Under the pieces are notes generated by a model that saw nothing but the letters and a program-made list of their open reading frames with translations, was not told the origin of the DNA and searched no databases. Shown piece by piece: positions 6,709-14,508 of a stretch of DNA of 64,000 nucleotides. Numbering within the stretch: the stretch's first letter is position 1; each line of letters starts with the position of its first letter. This DNA comes from a virus (taxonomy: Duplodnaviria > Heunggongvirae > Uroviricota > Caudoviricetes), in IMG/VR virus record IMGVR_UViG_3300046820_001896; one strand, written 5' to 3'. The translations under genes were made by a program, and so were the position numbers.

Positions 6709-7043
6709 TGGATCTACTAATTGGTATAGTAACAGGAGTTATATTAACTCTTATTGTGTTAAATATTCTTGCTAAAGCTGTTGATGAAATTAGAAATAAA
6801 CAACTCGACAAGAAACTAGAAGAAGGGTTACAAAAGCTTAGAGAAGTTGTAATTCCTAGTCGCATCGAAGTAGTCAATGGCATGTTGTTTTTGTACAACA
6901 AAGAAAATGGCGAATTCATAGCACAAGGTAAAAACTTCATTGAGTTAAACGATAATGCAAAAGCTCGTTATCCTGAGAAACTATTTAATGTACCTCAAAA
7001 CGAGATTGATGCAGTAACTAAAGGAATATCAATAAAGGTATGA
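6708..7043 (+). CDS. N-terminally membrane-anchored protein (111 aa)
   Basis: In-frame ATG at 6708 (TAATG overlap) gives MDLLIGIVTGVILTLIVLNIL. The longer ORF-track start at 6642 overlaps the upstream gene. Confidence 0.55.
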   Translation: MDLLIGIVTGVILTLIVLNILAKAVDEIRNKQLDKKLEEGLQKLREVVIPSRIEVVNGMLFLYNKENGEFIAQGKNFIELNDNAKARYPEKLFNVPQNEIDAVTKGISIKV

Positions 7044-7315
7044 TTAACGATAATAAATTTTATACGATAGTTGTAGCTATTACTATTTTACTTGGTGGAT
7101 GCATTGCATGGGGAATTATTTCAAGTAATAATCGTGCAGAAGCTGTTAAGTTGGCTTTAGAAAAAGGTCAAAATCCATTATATGTTAAGTGTTCAATGAA
7201 TACTACAACAACAGAAGAGTGCCAATCTATGATTATGGCTATGTCACTCTCAGGTCAATTTAAGGACGCCTCAGCTCCTATTTCAGTCTCACCAGCAAGT
7301 TACCCTAAAAAGTAA
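7040..7315 (+). CDS. membrane-anchored protein (91 aa)
   Basis: ATGA overlap with the upstream gene. N-terminal TM segment FYTIVVAITILLGGCIAWGII. Confidence 0.55.
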   Translation: MINDNKFYTIVVAITILLGGCIAWGIISSNNRAEAVKLALEKGQNPLYVKCSMNTTTTEECQSMIMAMSLSGQFKDASAPISVSPASYPKK

Positions 7316-7323
7316 TATAAATA
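7316..7323 (+). promoter_or_regulatory. T4-type late promoter motif TATAAATA
   Basis: Exact TATAAATA 24 nt upstream of the PAAR gene ATG, followed by the hairpin cagatat...atatctg carrying the RBS in its loop. Confidence 0.5.
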
Positions 7324-7346
7324 CAGATATCTAAAAGGATATCTGT

Positions 7347-7673
7347 ATGCCAGGAATTGCTAGAGTTGGTGTTGACAAAGCCGGTGGAGTAGTCACCGGT
7401 AATTTAGCTCCCACAGTTTTCGTAAATGGTTCACCTATCGTAGTGATAGGTGCAACTATTGCAGGTCACGGACTTGCTCCTCACGCTTCTCCAACTATGG
7501 TTGAAGGAGCTGTTGACGTGTTTGCGAATGGTATAGGTATATGTAGAACTGGCGATTTGGCATCGTGCGGTCATGCTATTTCAGGTTCAGATAATGTATT
7601 AACAGGATTTTACCCAAATCCGGGACCTACACGATTTGGTATTTCGAAATTTGGTGTGGAGAAACAAGGATAA
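7347..7673 (+). CDS. PAAR-domain spike-tip protein
   Basis: Gly/Val-rich beta-rich 108-aa protein with GHGLAPHASP and TGDLASCGHAISG, typical of PAAR proteins (T4 gp5.4 class). Confidence 0.7.
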   Translation: MPGIARVGVDKAGGVVTGNLAPTVFVNGSPIVVIGATIAGHGLAPHASPTMVEGAVDVFANGIGICRTGDLASCGHAISGSDNVLTGFYPNPGPTRFGISKFGVEKQG

Positions 7674-7674
7674 T

Positions 7675-8094
7675 ATGGCATTAAAATATGCAGATAACGT
7701 TGGATCACAATTATTTGATCCTATTGGAGAAACAGATACTTTTGTAGTAGTAGAATCTGTTACATCATTTCCAGCAAATATATCACCAACTGATTTTGCT
7801 GTAGCAACTATTGCTAACGATGATAATAGTTTAACAGAATCGATTAAAATTACTTTTATTGATCGTCCTACTAGAACATTGACAATAGAACGAGGATACG
7901 ATGATTCGACACCGCGCAATTGGCCAAAAGGATCTAAATTAGAAATTCGTATTTCATCTGGTTTTTTCAGAGCATTTGAAGAACAGGTAAATACATATAC
8001 CGACGATGCAATTTCTGCATTAGAAACTTCATCGAATACAACAACAGAAGCTAAATCTAAAGCAGCATTTGCAGTTGCTTTTGTATTAAGCTAA
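7675..8094 (+). CDS. hypothetical (structural?) protein (139 aa)
   Basis: In-frame ATG at 7675, just after the PAAR stop. The ORF-track start at 7636 overlaps the PAAR gene. Confidence 0.6.
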   Translation: MALKYADNVGSQLFDPIGETDTFVVVESVTSFPANISPTDFAVATIANDDNSLTESIKITFIDRPTRTLTIERGYDDSTPRNWPKGSKLEIRISSGFFRAFEEQVNTYTDDAISALETSSNTTTEAKSKAAFAVAFVLS

Positions 8095-8103
8095 GGAGAT
8101 TAA

Positions 8104-8733
8104 ATGTCTTTTGATTTTGAATTTACGCAAGAAAAACTTGCACACGTTATTCCTAACGCAAAGTATGGAGTAGAAACATGGCACAAAGAATTGGTAGAAC
8201 TTTTACCAGTTTTTGAAATTACTACAGTTGGTCGTGTTGCTGCATTTGTTGCGCAAACTGCTCATGAATCTGGTGGTTATACAGCACTAAAAGAAAACTT
8301 AAACTATAGTGCTGAAGGTTTGCATAAACTATGGCCAAATCGTTTCCCAACGGTTGAGTCAGCTATGCCTTATAATCGTAATCCGCAAGCTATCGCTAAT
8401 AAAGTTTACTCATCACGTATGGGTAACGGAGATGAACATAGCGGTGAAGGTTGGTTGTATTGCGGTCGTGGTCTACTACAATTGACTGGTAAAGCAAACT
8501 ATTCTGCATTCGCACAATACGCAGGTATGTCAGTAGAAGATGCACCTGAATATATCGAATCTCCACGCGGTGCTGTACACTCAGCATGTTGGTTCTGGTA
8601 TTCAAATGACTTGAATACATACGCAGATGCTGGTGATTTCACTGGTATGACTAAGCGTATCAATGGTGGTACAATCGGTTTAGACGATCGTATCAAACAT
8701 TATAATCACGCTGTAGAGATTTTCTCAGCGTAA
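8104..8733 (+). CDS. endolysin, GH19 / chitinase-class-I-like lysozyme
   Basis: RVAAFVAQTAHESGGYTALKENLNYSAEGL ... YCGRGLLQLTGKANY is the conserved core of phage GH19-type muramidases. RBS aaggag. Confidence 0.8.
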   Translation: MSFDFEFTQEKLAHVIPNAKYGVETWHKELVELLPVFEITTVGRVAAFVAQTAHESGGYTALKENLNYSAEGLHKLWPNRFPTVESAMPYNRNPQAIANKVYSSRMGNGDEHSGEGWLYCGRGLLQLTGKANYSAFAQYAGMSVEDAPEYIESPRGAVHSACWFWYSNDLNTYADAGDFTGMTKRINGGTIGLDDRIKHYNHAVEIFSA

Positions 8734-8768
8734 CATAATATACACACTTTAACATAAGGAATGTTACA

Positions 8769-9002
8769 ATGAAAAAATTAATGTTAGCATTAGCGATTAC
8801 GTTTGGTATGACTAGTGTTTATGCTGCTGATCCAAAACCAGCACCGAAATTAGATTGCACAAAACCAGCAAATAAGAGTAAAGGTCCATGTCTTAAAGCA
8901 CCTGAGTCAAAAACAAAGGTAGAGATTAAGAAACCTGAGAAAAAGAAAGCTGCACCTGCTGCAACACAAAAGAAAGCTGCAGAAAATAACGCTAAACAAT
9001 AA
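8769..9002 (+). CDS. secreted Lys/Pro-rich small protein (77 aa)
   Basis: Signal peptide MKKLMLALAITFGMTSVYA followed by a low-complexity K/P/A-rich tail. Lies directly after the endolysin. Confidence 0.6.
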   Translation: MKKLMLALAITFGMTSVYAADPKPAPKLDCTKPANKSKGPCLKAPESKTKVEIKKPEKKKAAPAATQKKAAENNAKQ

Positions 9003-9058
9003 GCGTTGCAGAGAACAAGCTTTTTATAGATATCTCTATAAGGGCCGGGGGAAATAAT

Positions 9059-9084
9059 AAAGGGGACGAAAGTCCCCTTTTTTT
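9059..9084. terminator. bidirectional rho-independent terminator between convergent genes
   Basis: aaaggggac-gaaa-gtccccttt with T-rich flanks on both strands. Confidence 0.8.
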
Positions 9085-9098
9085 ATGCTTACTACTAT

Positions 9099-9653
9099 TT
9101 AAATAGTAATCGGTACAACTAACCATATACCTTGTGTTAGTAATAGAAGACCTATTACACCAACACCGAGGCTTGCATAATACATTCGCATATTGACAGC
9201 GATGATAGATGCGGATAATAAAACAATGGCGAGTTGGAATAACATTCCAGAGAATGTCAACCATGGACCATGTTTACGTGCTTCTTCACGTTCAGCTTCG
9301 TATGCTCTTGCTTTAGCTAAAAGTTCTTTCTTACCTTCACCAGATACTGGATCAGATTCGTATCTTTCGATCTTTGCTTTTAGTTTATCGGCTCTCGCAT
9401 GATCGCCTCTGTCTTTAGCTGTTTCGTATTCTGCTTCAGCTAATGATTGTTTCAATGATTTAGCTTGAAAGAATCCATACGTATTAGACGCTTTTAACAA
9501 ATTAGTCATCGCTGATCCGCTAAAGCTATTAGCAAAATATGTGTTTAATGCTAAGAACAATGCCATAATGACAATCACTAAACCAGCTTTGTCTTTAATT
9601 TGTGCTTCACGTTCGCTACGTGTCAATGGTTTCTTTTCTACAACTTCAGTCAT
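9099..9653 (-). CDS. DUF4337-like membrane protein (184 aa)
   Basis: TM helix, then FFQAKSLKQSLAEAEYE, a charged coiled coil and C-terminal TM helices. This matches the DUF4337 architecture (YYQAKGIKQNLAE) recalled from memory. RBS aagga. Confidence 0.6.
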   Translation of the reverse strand: MTEVVEKKPLTRSEREAQIKDKAGLVIVIMALFLALNTYFANSFSGSAMTNLLKASNTYGFFQAKSLKQSLAEAEYETAKDRGDHARADKLKAKIERYESDPVSGEGKKELLAKARAYEAEREEARKHGPWLTFSGMLFQLAIVLLSASIIAVNMRMYYASLGVGVIGLLLLTQGIWLVVPITI

Positions 9654-9663
9654 ATAATTTCCT

Positions 9664-10158
9664 TTATTTTCCTGCTAATGGGTTATCCAAAGCTTTCTGA
9701 ATCTTATTATCTATCTCTTTACGTACGTTACGGATTTCACGATCTACTTCTTTTTGAGCTTCTGTTGCTTCACGTGCAGATTGTTTAGCTGAACGTTCTA
9801 CTTGTTCAACAACTCCTTCTAAACGACGGATATCATTCTTAAGATCATTCTTGATATCACGTGTGTAGTCATTTGTCTTTGAGCTGTTTTCTTCGATGAC
9901 AGCTAACTTTTTATGCACTTCAGTCAAATCTGGTGTAACATACTCAGCAATCTTTTTCTTCATGCTTTGATAGTCTTTATATACTTCGAATACGCCGTAT
10001 AAACCACCAAGTGTTGATGATACGATTGTTGCTGCAATCATCAATTTAGCTGGAGTAAATTCATAACCACCAATACTAATTACAGTATTAGCACTCATGT
10101 ATTTTTCTTTAGCATCTGCTAAATCGTCTATCTTTTTGTTTAAGTTTTTATCTGACAT
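9664..10158 (-). CDS. single-pass membrane coiled-coil protein (164 aa)
   Basis: One TM segment (LMIAATIVSSTLGGLYGVF) followed by a long charged heptad-like region. RBS aaggga. Confidence 0.65.
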   Translation of the reverse strand: MSDKNLNKKIDDLADAKEKYMSANTVISIGGYEFTPAKLMIAATIVSSTLGGLYGVFEVYKDYQSMKKKIAEYVTPDLTEVHKKLAVIEENSSKTNDYTRDIKNDLKNDIRRLEGVVEQVERSAKQSAREATEAQKEVDREIRNVRKEIDNKIQKALDNPLAGK

Positions 10159-10167
10159 TTTCTTCCC

Positions 10168-10347
10168 TTATTTCCACACTATATGTGTGCTTTTCTTTGT
10201 TGAACTAGATTTAGCAACTGGTTTTACAGGTGCTTTTCGTTTTTGTGGTGATTGAGCCTTAGTACAATTCAATTCGTAAAGCGTATAAAGGGATAGTGCT
10301 AAGGATATCACTGAAATTACATAAGCTACAAATGGCATATAATCCAT
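10168..10347 (-). CDS. small membrane protein with basic tail (59 aa)
   Basis: In-frame Met giving MDYMPFVAYVISVISLALSLYTLY..., starting 1 nt after the stop of the 647-aa gene. The longer ORF-track version overlaps that gene. Confidence 0.5.
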   Translation of the reverse strand: MDYMPFVAYVISVISLALSLYTLYELNCTKAQSPQKRKAPVKPVAKSSSTKKSTHIVWK

Positions 10348-10348
10348 G

Positions 10349-12292
10349 TCAATCCTTTCTGTTATATTGTGAATCAACCATATCATAGTGCACTTTATCT
10401 GAAGGACCAAATAGTCCCATACTTGCACGACGATTATCAATAGTCTTTTGATTGTTGTATACTGTAAATGGTTTGTAACCTGCCACATCTGGCATTTTTA
10501 CTTGATAAGCATCAAATCCTGGAGTAAAACCCATTGCTTGGATAACTACGTTTTGAATTTGCTTTTGCTGTTCCATATCAGCAGCTTTACCCATGTTTCC
10601 AGCTAAATTTTTACCATCCTCAACTGCTTTAGCTTTTGCTGCTGCTTCACGTCTTGCTTGAAGTTCTTGGCGTGCAGTTGGTTTTGGACTATCTGAAGTT
10701 TTACTATTATTTGTTGATGCAGTTGTTGTAGATCCACCAGAAGATGCTTGTGTATTTGATGGAGCATTTTCTTTAGGTTCTTCTTTTTTGGCTGGTGCAG
10801 GTGCTGTAGCGACTGACGTAACAGAAGTTGGTGAAGATGTGCTCGTAGAACTAACTGAAGGTGTTAAACTAACAGCAGTAGTCGCTGCTGCCGCAGGAGA
10901 CGCAGATGTAGATGTTGATGTAACAACGTTATTAACAACTGGATCTGATATCACCGCTACAGGAGTTGATGATGTATTTGTATTAGATGCTACAACTACA
11001 GTTTCGGCAACAGTAGTTGTTGTCGTAGTAGTAGGTGTGTTTTGTCTTTGTAATGCTTGTTGAGTAGCATACGCTTCACCATAATTTGGGCAACGAGTAG
11101 AATACAAACCGCTTATTGTACATTGTTGACTAAAATATGCTTCTTGATATCCTGGACAATCTGTAGCATATAACGCATTGATAGAACATTGCTGTGCTTT
11201 GTAAGCTTGTTGATAACCACTACACGTTGTAGAATATAATGGATTTAATGAACATTGTAATTCTAAATAAGCTGTCGCATAACCTGGACAGTTCACAGAA
11301 TATAGTGTATTCAATGAACATTGTTGCTCGAAGTATGCTTGTTGATAACCACTACATGTTGTAGAATATAATGGATTAATAGAGCATTGTTGTTGTAAAT
11401 AAGCAGCTTGATAACCTGGACATTGTTGACTATACAATGGATTTGTAGAGCATTGTTGTGTTAAGTGTGCAGCTGCATATCCTGGACAAGATGGATCAAA
11501 TAATGCACTTATTGTACATTGTTGAGCAGTGTAAGCAACTTGATATCCTGGACATGTTGGTGATGATAATGGATTGATGATACACATGTCAACTGGACCT
11601 GTACCATTAGGTGCTTGCCAACTAAAAATACTTGCACTTCCAGGCGTAATGTTTAAACCTCGGCCGTGATAGTATTGATAATACTCACCATTTGCCAAGT
11701 TACCAGACATACCTGAAGTAACTGCATTCCATTGTACCATGGCACCAGCAATTCGTGTATCAACTAAACCAGCAGAGTTGATTTTAATCTCAAAACTATT
11801 ACCGCCTTGTGATGAACAACATTGACTTAAATTATACCAACCATATGTCATACTATTACCTTCACGCAGGTAATATTGGTTTTGGCCATTCCAAGAATAT
11901 AAATCTGTGTGTATACCAAAAATAGAGTAATTGTAACGAGGATCTGTTGTTGTTCTTAAATCAACACCTGTACAACATAATCCATAAGCACCGCTTTGCA
12001 TTGGATCTTGGAACGTTACAACGCCATTAGTCATTGCCCATGAATTATTGAACACTCTACCAAAAAATGGAAAATCAAAACCTAATGGAACATTGCGCCA
12101 ATCGTCATCAGCTGCAGTAATATTAACTGCATTTGGATTTGTGCGAATATTTTGTAAAGGTAAAGCATTAGCGCCTGTTCCAACTGTTATCGACAATCCA
12201 GGAGGAGCACCAGGAATTTGGATCGTAACAAGTTCAGCACGTGCAACAACCGTGCTTACTAATAATAGTAAGGACACAAGTAAGCGCTTCAT
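10349..12292 (-). CDS. secreted 647-aa protein: N-terminal beta-rich domain, 8 x 22-aa two-Cys repeats, Ser/Thr-rich mucin-like linker, C-terminal domain
   Basis: Signal peptide MKRLLVSLLLLVSTVVARA. Residues 237-412 are eight tandem repeats CSINPLYSTxCPGYQxAYxxQQ, followed by T7 and S/T/A/P-rich tracts. The N-terminal PLGFDFPFFGRVFNNSWAMTNGVVTF resembles the NIDO-domain core (tentative). Confidence 0.8.
   Translation of the reverse strand: MKRLLVSLLLLVSTVVARAELVTIQIPGAPPGLSITVGTGANALPLQNIRTNPNAVNITAADDDWRNVPLGFDFPFFGRVFNNSWAMTNGVVTFQDPMQSGAYGLCCTGVDLRTTTDPRYNYSIFGIHTDLYSWNGQNQYYLREGNSMTYGWYNLSQCCSSQGGNSFEIKINSAGLVDTRIAGAMVQWNAVTSGMSGNLANGEYYQYYHGRGLNITPGSASIFSWQAPNGTGPVDMCIINPLSSPTCPGYQVAYTAQQCTISALFDPSCPGYAAAHLTQQCSTNPLYSQQCPGYQAAYLQQQCSINPLYSTTCSGYQQAYFEQQCSLNTLYSVNCPGYATAYLELQCSLNPLYSTTCSGYQQAYKAQQCSINALYATDCPGYQEAYFSQQCTISGLYSTRCPNYGEAYATQQALQRQNTPTTTTTTTVAETVVVASNTNTSSTPVAVISDPVVNNVVTSTSTSASPAAAATTAVSLTPSVSSTSTSSPTSVTSVATAPAPAKKEEPKENAPSNTQASSGGSTTTASTNNSKTSDSPKPTARQELQARREAAAKAKAVEDGKNLAGNMGKAADMEQQKQIQNVVIQAMGFTPGFDAYQVKMPDVAGYKPFTVYNNQKTIDNRRASMGLFGPSDKVHYDMVDSQYNRKD
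11057..11584 (-). repeat. 8 tandem 66-nt coding repeats (22-aa C-x10-C-P-G-Y-x2-A-Y-x2-Q-Q units)
   Basis: Read directly from the translation: CIINPLSSPTCPGYQVAYTAQQ / CTISALFDPSCPGYAAAHLTQQ / CSTNPLYSQQCPGYQAAYLQQQ / CSINPLYSTTCSGYQQAYFEQQ / CSLNTLYSVNCPGYATAYLELQ / CSLNPLYSTTCSGYQQAYKAQQ / CSINALYATDCPGYQEAYFSQQ / CTISGLYSTRCPNYGEAYATQQ. Confidence 0.9.
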
Positions 12293-12294
12293 GC

Positions 12295-12768
12295 TTACTC
12301 TTTACTTTTTACTTTTTGTGGCTTGCGATCTGGATCTGCTTCCCAGATTTGTTTAGCCTGTTCACCGATTTTGCCATCTGCTGGACATGGTGTACCAGCA
12401 TTCATCATAGCTGTGAATACACGTTCATCTTGGCATAAAGTTGATACAGCTGCAACTTTCATACCCATATCGTATAATGAACGAGCTAATTTTAAGCGTT
12501 CGCAGTTCTTATCGGTAACACTACCGCCAAAAGAAATGCCCAACACTTGAGTTTGAGCAGCGCCTGAATATCCTACTGCACAGACGTCACTATTGATAAC
12601 TGTAATTGCTGGTGCAACTGCAGTTGGAGGAGGAGATTTTACTGTTGTTGTGCTATTTGAAGTAGAATCTGTTGTGGATCTACTTGTCGAGTCGGTAACA
12701 ATTGGTTGAGCAATTGTTAATGATGTAGTCATAACAAAAAGCACCGTTGCGGCGATCTTTTTGTACAT
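12295..12768 (-). CDS. secreted Ser/Thr-rich, four-Cys protein (157 aa)
   Basis: The ATG at 12768 has RBS aggaaa and yields the signal peptide MYKKIAATVLFVMTTSLTIAQP. Then an S/T-rich tract and a Cys-containing globular part. Confidence 0.65.
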   Translation of the reverse strand: MYKKIAATVLFVMTTSLTIAQPIVTDSTSRSTTDSTSNSTTTVKSPPPTAVAPAITVINSDVCAVGYSGAAQTQVLGISFGGSVTDKNCERLKLARSLYDMGMKVAAVSTLCQDERVFTAMMNAGTPCPADGKIGEQAKQIWEADPDRKPQKVKSKE

Positions 12769-12834
12769 GGTTTTTCCTGTTTTAGTTATTATAATGAAAC
12801 CAGTGGCATTTTTTGCCACCATGACACTTATTGT

Positions 12835-12846
12835 TATTTATAAATA
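12835..12846. promoter_or_regulatory. palindromic TATTTATAAATA: back-to-back T4-type late promoter motifs in a divergent intergenic region
   Basis: TATAAATA reads on the plus strand at 12839-12846 and on the minus strand at 12835-12842, between the minus-strand cassette and the gene at 12854. Confidence 0.4.
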
Positions 12847-12853
12847 AAAGCAT

Positions 12854-13363
12854 ATGAAAACGCACATTTTAGGCAATGGTCCTTCCAATATATTATATGA
12901 ACCAAGCGATGGATACGTAATCGGTTGTAATGTACAAACCCATCCAGTTGATATATCAATTGCTGTTGATATAAAACCATTCCATTTGTACATGGCAAAT
13001 AGGATGATTTTTCAAGGTAAACCTATCATCACTTCTCAATATGCTATGGATGGAATTAAACATAAAGACATTGAGAAAGAACTAGACATCATTTATAAGT
13101 TACCTTTTTTAGAAAAATATATGAGTGCAGGTCATATCGCTGCAAAATGGGCAATTGATAATGGATACACAGAAATTCATCTATGGGGATTTGACTCAAT
13201 TTGGTCAGATAGCCAAGAAACAAAAACTGACATACTAATTCCTAGAGATAGACGGCAACACGACTTACCTATCCATTGGAGAGAAAAATGGCAACAATTT
13301 AAAACATACAACATAATCGTGCATAACACAATAGAAGGCACACAACTGAAAGACTTAATATGA
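12854..13363 (+). CDS. putative glycosyltransferase-like protein (GNGPS motif; CstII/DUF115-like)
   Basis: N-terminal HILGNGPSN and later MSAGHIAAKWAIDNGYTEIHLWGFDS parallel the IIAGNGPSL and ITSGVYMCAVAIALGYKEIYLSGIDF motifs of Campylobacter CstII-type transferases. Recalled from memory; the protein is short (169 aa). Confidence 0.4.
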   Translation: MKTHILGNGPSNILYEPSDGYVIGCNVQTHPVDISIAVDIKPFHLYMANRMIFQGKPIITSQYAMDGIKHKDIEKELDIIYKLPFLEKYMSAGHIAAKWAIDNGYTEIHLWGFDSIWSDSQETKTDILIPRDRRQHDLPIHWREKWQQFKTYNIIVHNTIEGTQLKDLI

Positions 13364-13638
13364 ACAAGAACCAAATACAAGAGATTGATTTCGATTTCGG
13401 GTTTACTGCTGTCGATGAGGAAGAACTTGAAGCGGTACAAACAGTCACTGCACAAGTAGAAGCAACAAGCGGGGAAGTAGAGACACTTAAAGAAAAGTTG
13501 AAGACGCTACGTGCATGTATCGAACCACTACTAAAGAATCTGGAAGCAAATCCTGAGAAAGCATACATCCACTGGCCAGATCGTACAAGCAAGGTTAAGG
13601 CATTTAGGAGTAAATTAGACTCGATACAAAAGTTCTAA
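13360..13638 (+). CDS. hypothetical acidic coiled-coil protein (92 aa)
   Basis: ATGA overlap with the upstream gene. Confidence 0.6.
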   Translation: MNKNQIQEIDFDFGFTAVDEEELEAVQTVTAQVEATSGEVETLKEKLKTLRACIEPLLKNLEANPEKAYIHWPDRTSKVKAFRSKLDSIQKF

Positions 13639-13680
13639 TTTCACCTGGTGAAATGCACCACATCCAAGTCCCTCCGTGCA

Positions 13681-13705
13681 AGCCAATGATTTCATTGGCT
13701 TTTTC
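13681..13705 (+). terminator. rho-independent terminator
   Basis: agccaatg-attt-cattggct followed by ttttt. Confidence 0.7.
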
Positions 13706-13741
13706 TTGCTGAAAAAAAAGTGAAAATATTTCGCCCAGGCT

Positions 13742-13771
13742 ATGTACAAACTGCAGGAAACGCTGTATAAT
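13742..13771 (+). promoter_or_regulatory. early-type promoter, copy 3
   Basis: tgtaca 13743-13748, N17, tataat 13766-13771. Confidence 0.6.
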
Positions 13772-13802
13772 GGTTACATAAATTGAAAAAGCGAGGTAAA
13801 TT

Positions 13803-14150
13803 ATGAAATACACATTAGACGAAGGCATCTCAAAAGCTGTACAACTTATGCAAGATAGTTACATTAATTTGTACAAAGCTCGCGCTGATGACAATGCTGC
13901 ACGCAAAGTTTTTGCTGCAGAACAAGTAGAAAAGTTTATCAAAACTACACGTATTGAAAAAGGTCGTAACTATGTAAAAATTGCCGCTGATGGTAGCGTT
14001 AAATTTTTTGTCGTAGCAAAAGCAACAAAAGGTTTTAATGTCGGTGATATTTTGAAAGCTGCATCGTGGCGTGCACCAGCAACAAACTTTGCACGCGGTA
14101 ACGTTATCGATGGAGATTTTAGTCAAATTACATGGACAGGAGCATACTAA
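13803..14150 (+). CDS. conserved phage hypothetical protein (115 aa)
   Basis: RBS gaggt. KGRNYVKI...GDILKAASWRAPATNFARGN resembles a widespread phage family (from memory). Confidence 0.65.
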   Translation: MKYTLDEGISKAVQLMQDSYINLYKARADDNAARKVFAAEQVEKFIKTTRIEKGRNYVKIAADGSVKFFVVAKATKGFNVGDILKAASWRAPATNFARGNVIDGDFSQITWTGAY

Positions 14151-14302
14151 TGATTCGAGTAGTAATTGGTTTTCTGATAGTTTTTGGTGCAGTTGGTGGC
14201 ATGGACAGTGGTACTGATGCGCAATTACCTGCACAGATCGCTCTGGCGGTTACAGGATTGGCATTGATGTACTTTGGTACTAAAAAAATAAATGCGAATT
14301 AA
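14150..14302 (+). CDS. small two-TM membrane protein (50 aa, below the ORF-track cutoff)
   Basis: TAATG overlap. Hand translation: MIRVVIGFLIVFGAVGGMDSGTDAQLPAQIALAVTGLALMYFGTKKINAN. Confidence 0.5.
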   Translation: MIRVVIGFLIVFGAVGGMDSGTDAQLPAQIALAVTGLALMYFGTKKINAN

Positions 14303-14314
14303 TTCGCAAAAAGC

Positions 14315-14344
14315 ATGTACAAACAAGAAAAAGTGTGGTATAAT
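14315..14344 (+). promoter_or_regulatory. early-type promoter, copy 4
   Basis: tgtaca 14316-14321, N17, tgtggtataat ending at 14344. Confidence 0.65.
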
Positions 14345-14349
14345 TAATC

Positions 14350-14508
14350 ATGACAAAACGAAAGGTAACTCGCAAAGCAAATCCGATAGCGAAAGATTTG
14401 CGTACACCGAAGTACCGCATGCGTGTTGTCAAAAGCAAGAAAGCTTACACACGTAAGCAACGTAGTGAAATCATTAACATTGAAATGGAGTTAAATCATG
14501 GGTCGTAA
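14350..14508 (+). CDS. ArfA-like small basic protein (52 aa; possible alternative ribosome-rescue factor)
   Basis: Hand translation MTKRKVTRKANPIAKDLRTPKYRMRVVKSKKAYTRKQRSEIINIEMELNHGS. The core P-x-(F/Y)-R-x-R-V-x-K-x-K-K...Y-x-R-K parallels E. coli ArfA [21 protein letters not shown]. Starts 6 nt after promoter copy 4. Confidence 0.45.
   Translation: MTKRKVTRKANPIAKDLRTPKYRMRVVKSKKAYTRKQRSEIINIEMELNHGS

Noticed and set aside
13642-13699. Shared intergenic element with 26734..26810 (blocks cctg(g)tgaaat, agtccc, ccgtg[c/t]aagccaatgat)
   Set aside because: The best block is 16 of 17 identical. Roughly half a dozen such matches are expected by chance among all position pairs in 64 kb (more in AT-biased DNA). 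In copy A the block is simply the terminator stem, and copy B does not fold likewise. The evidence is insufficient.
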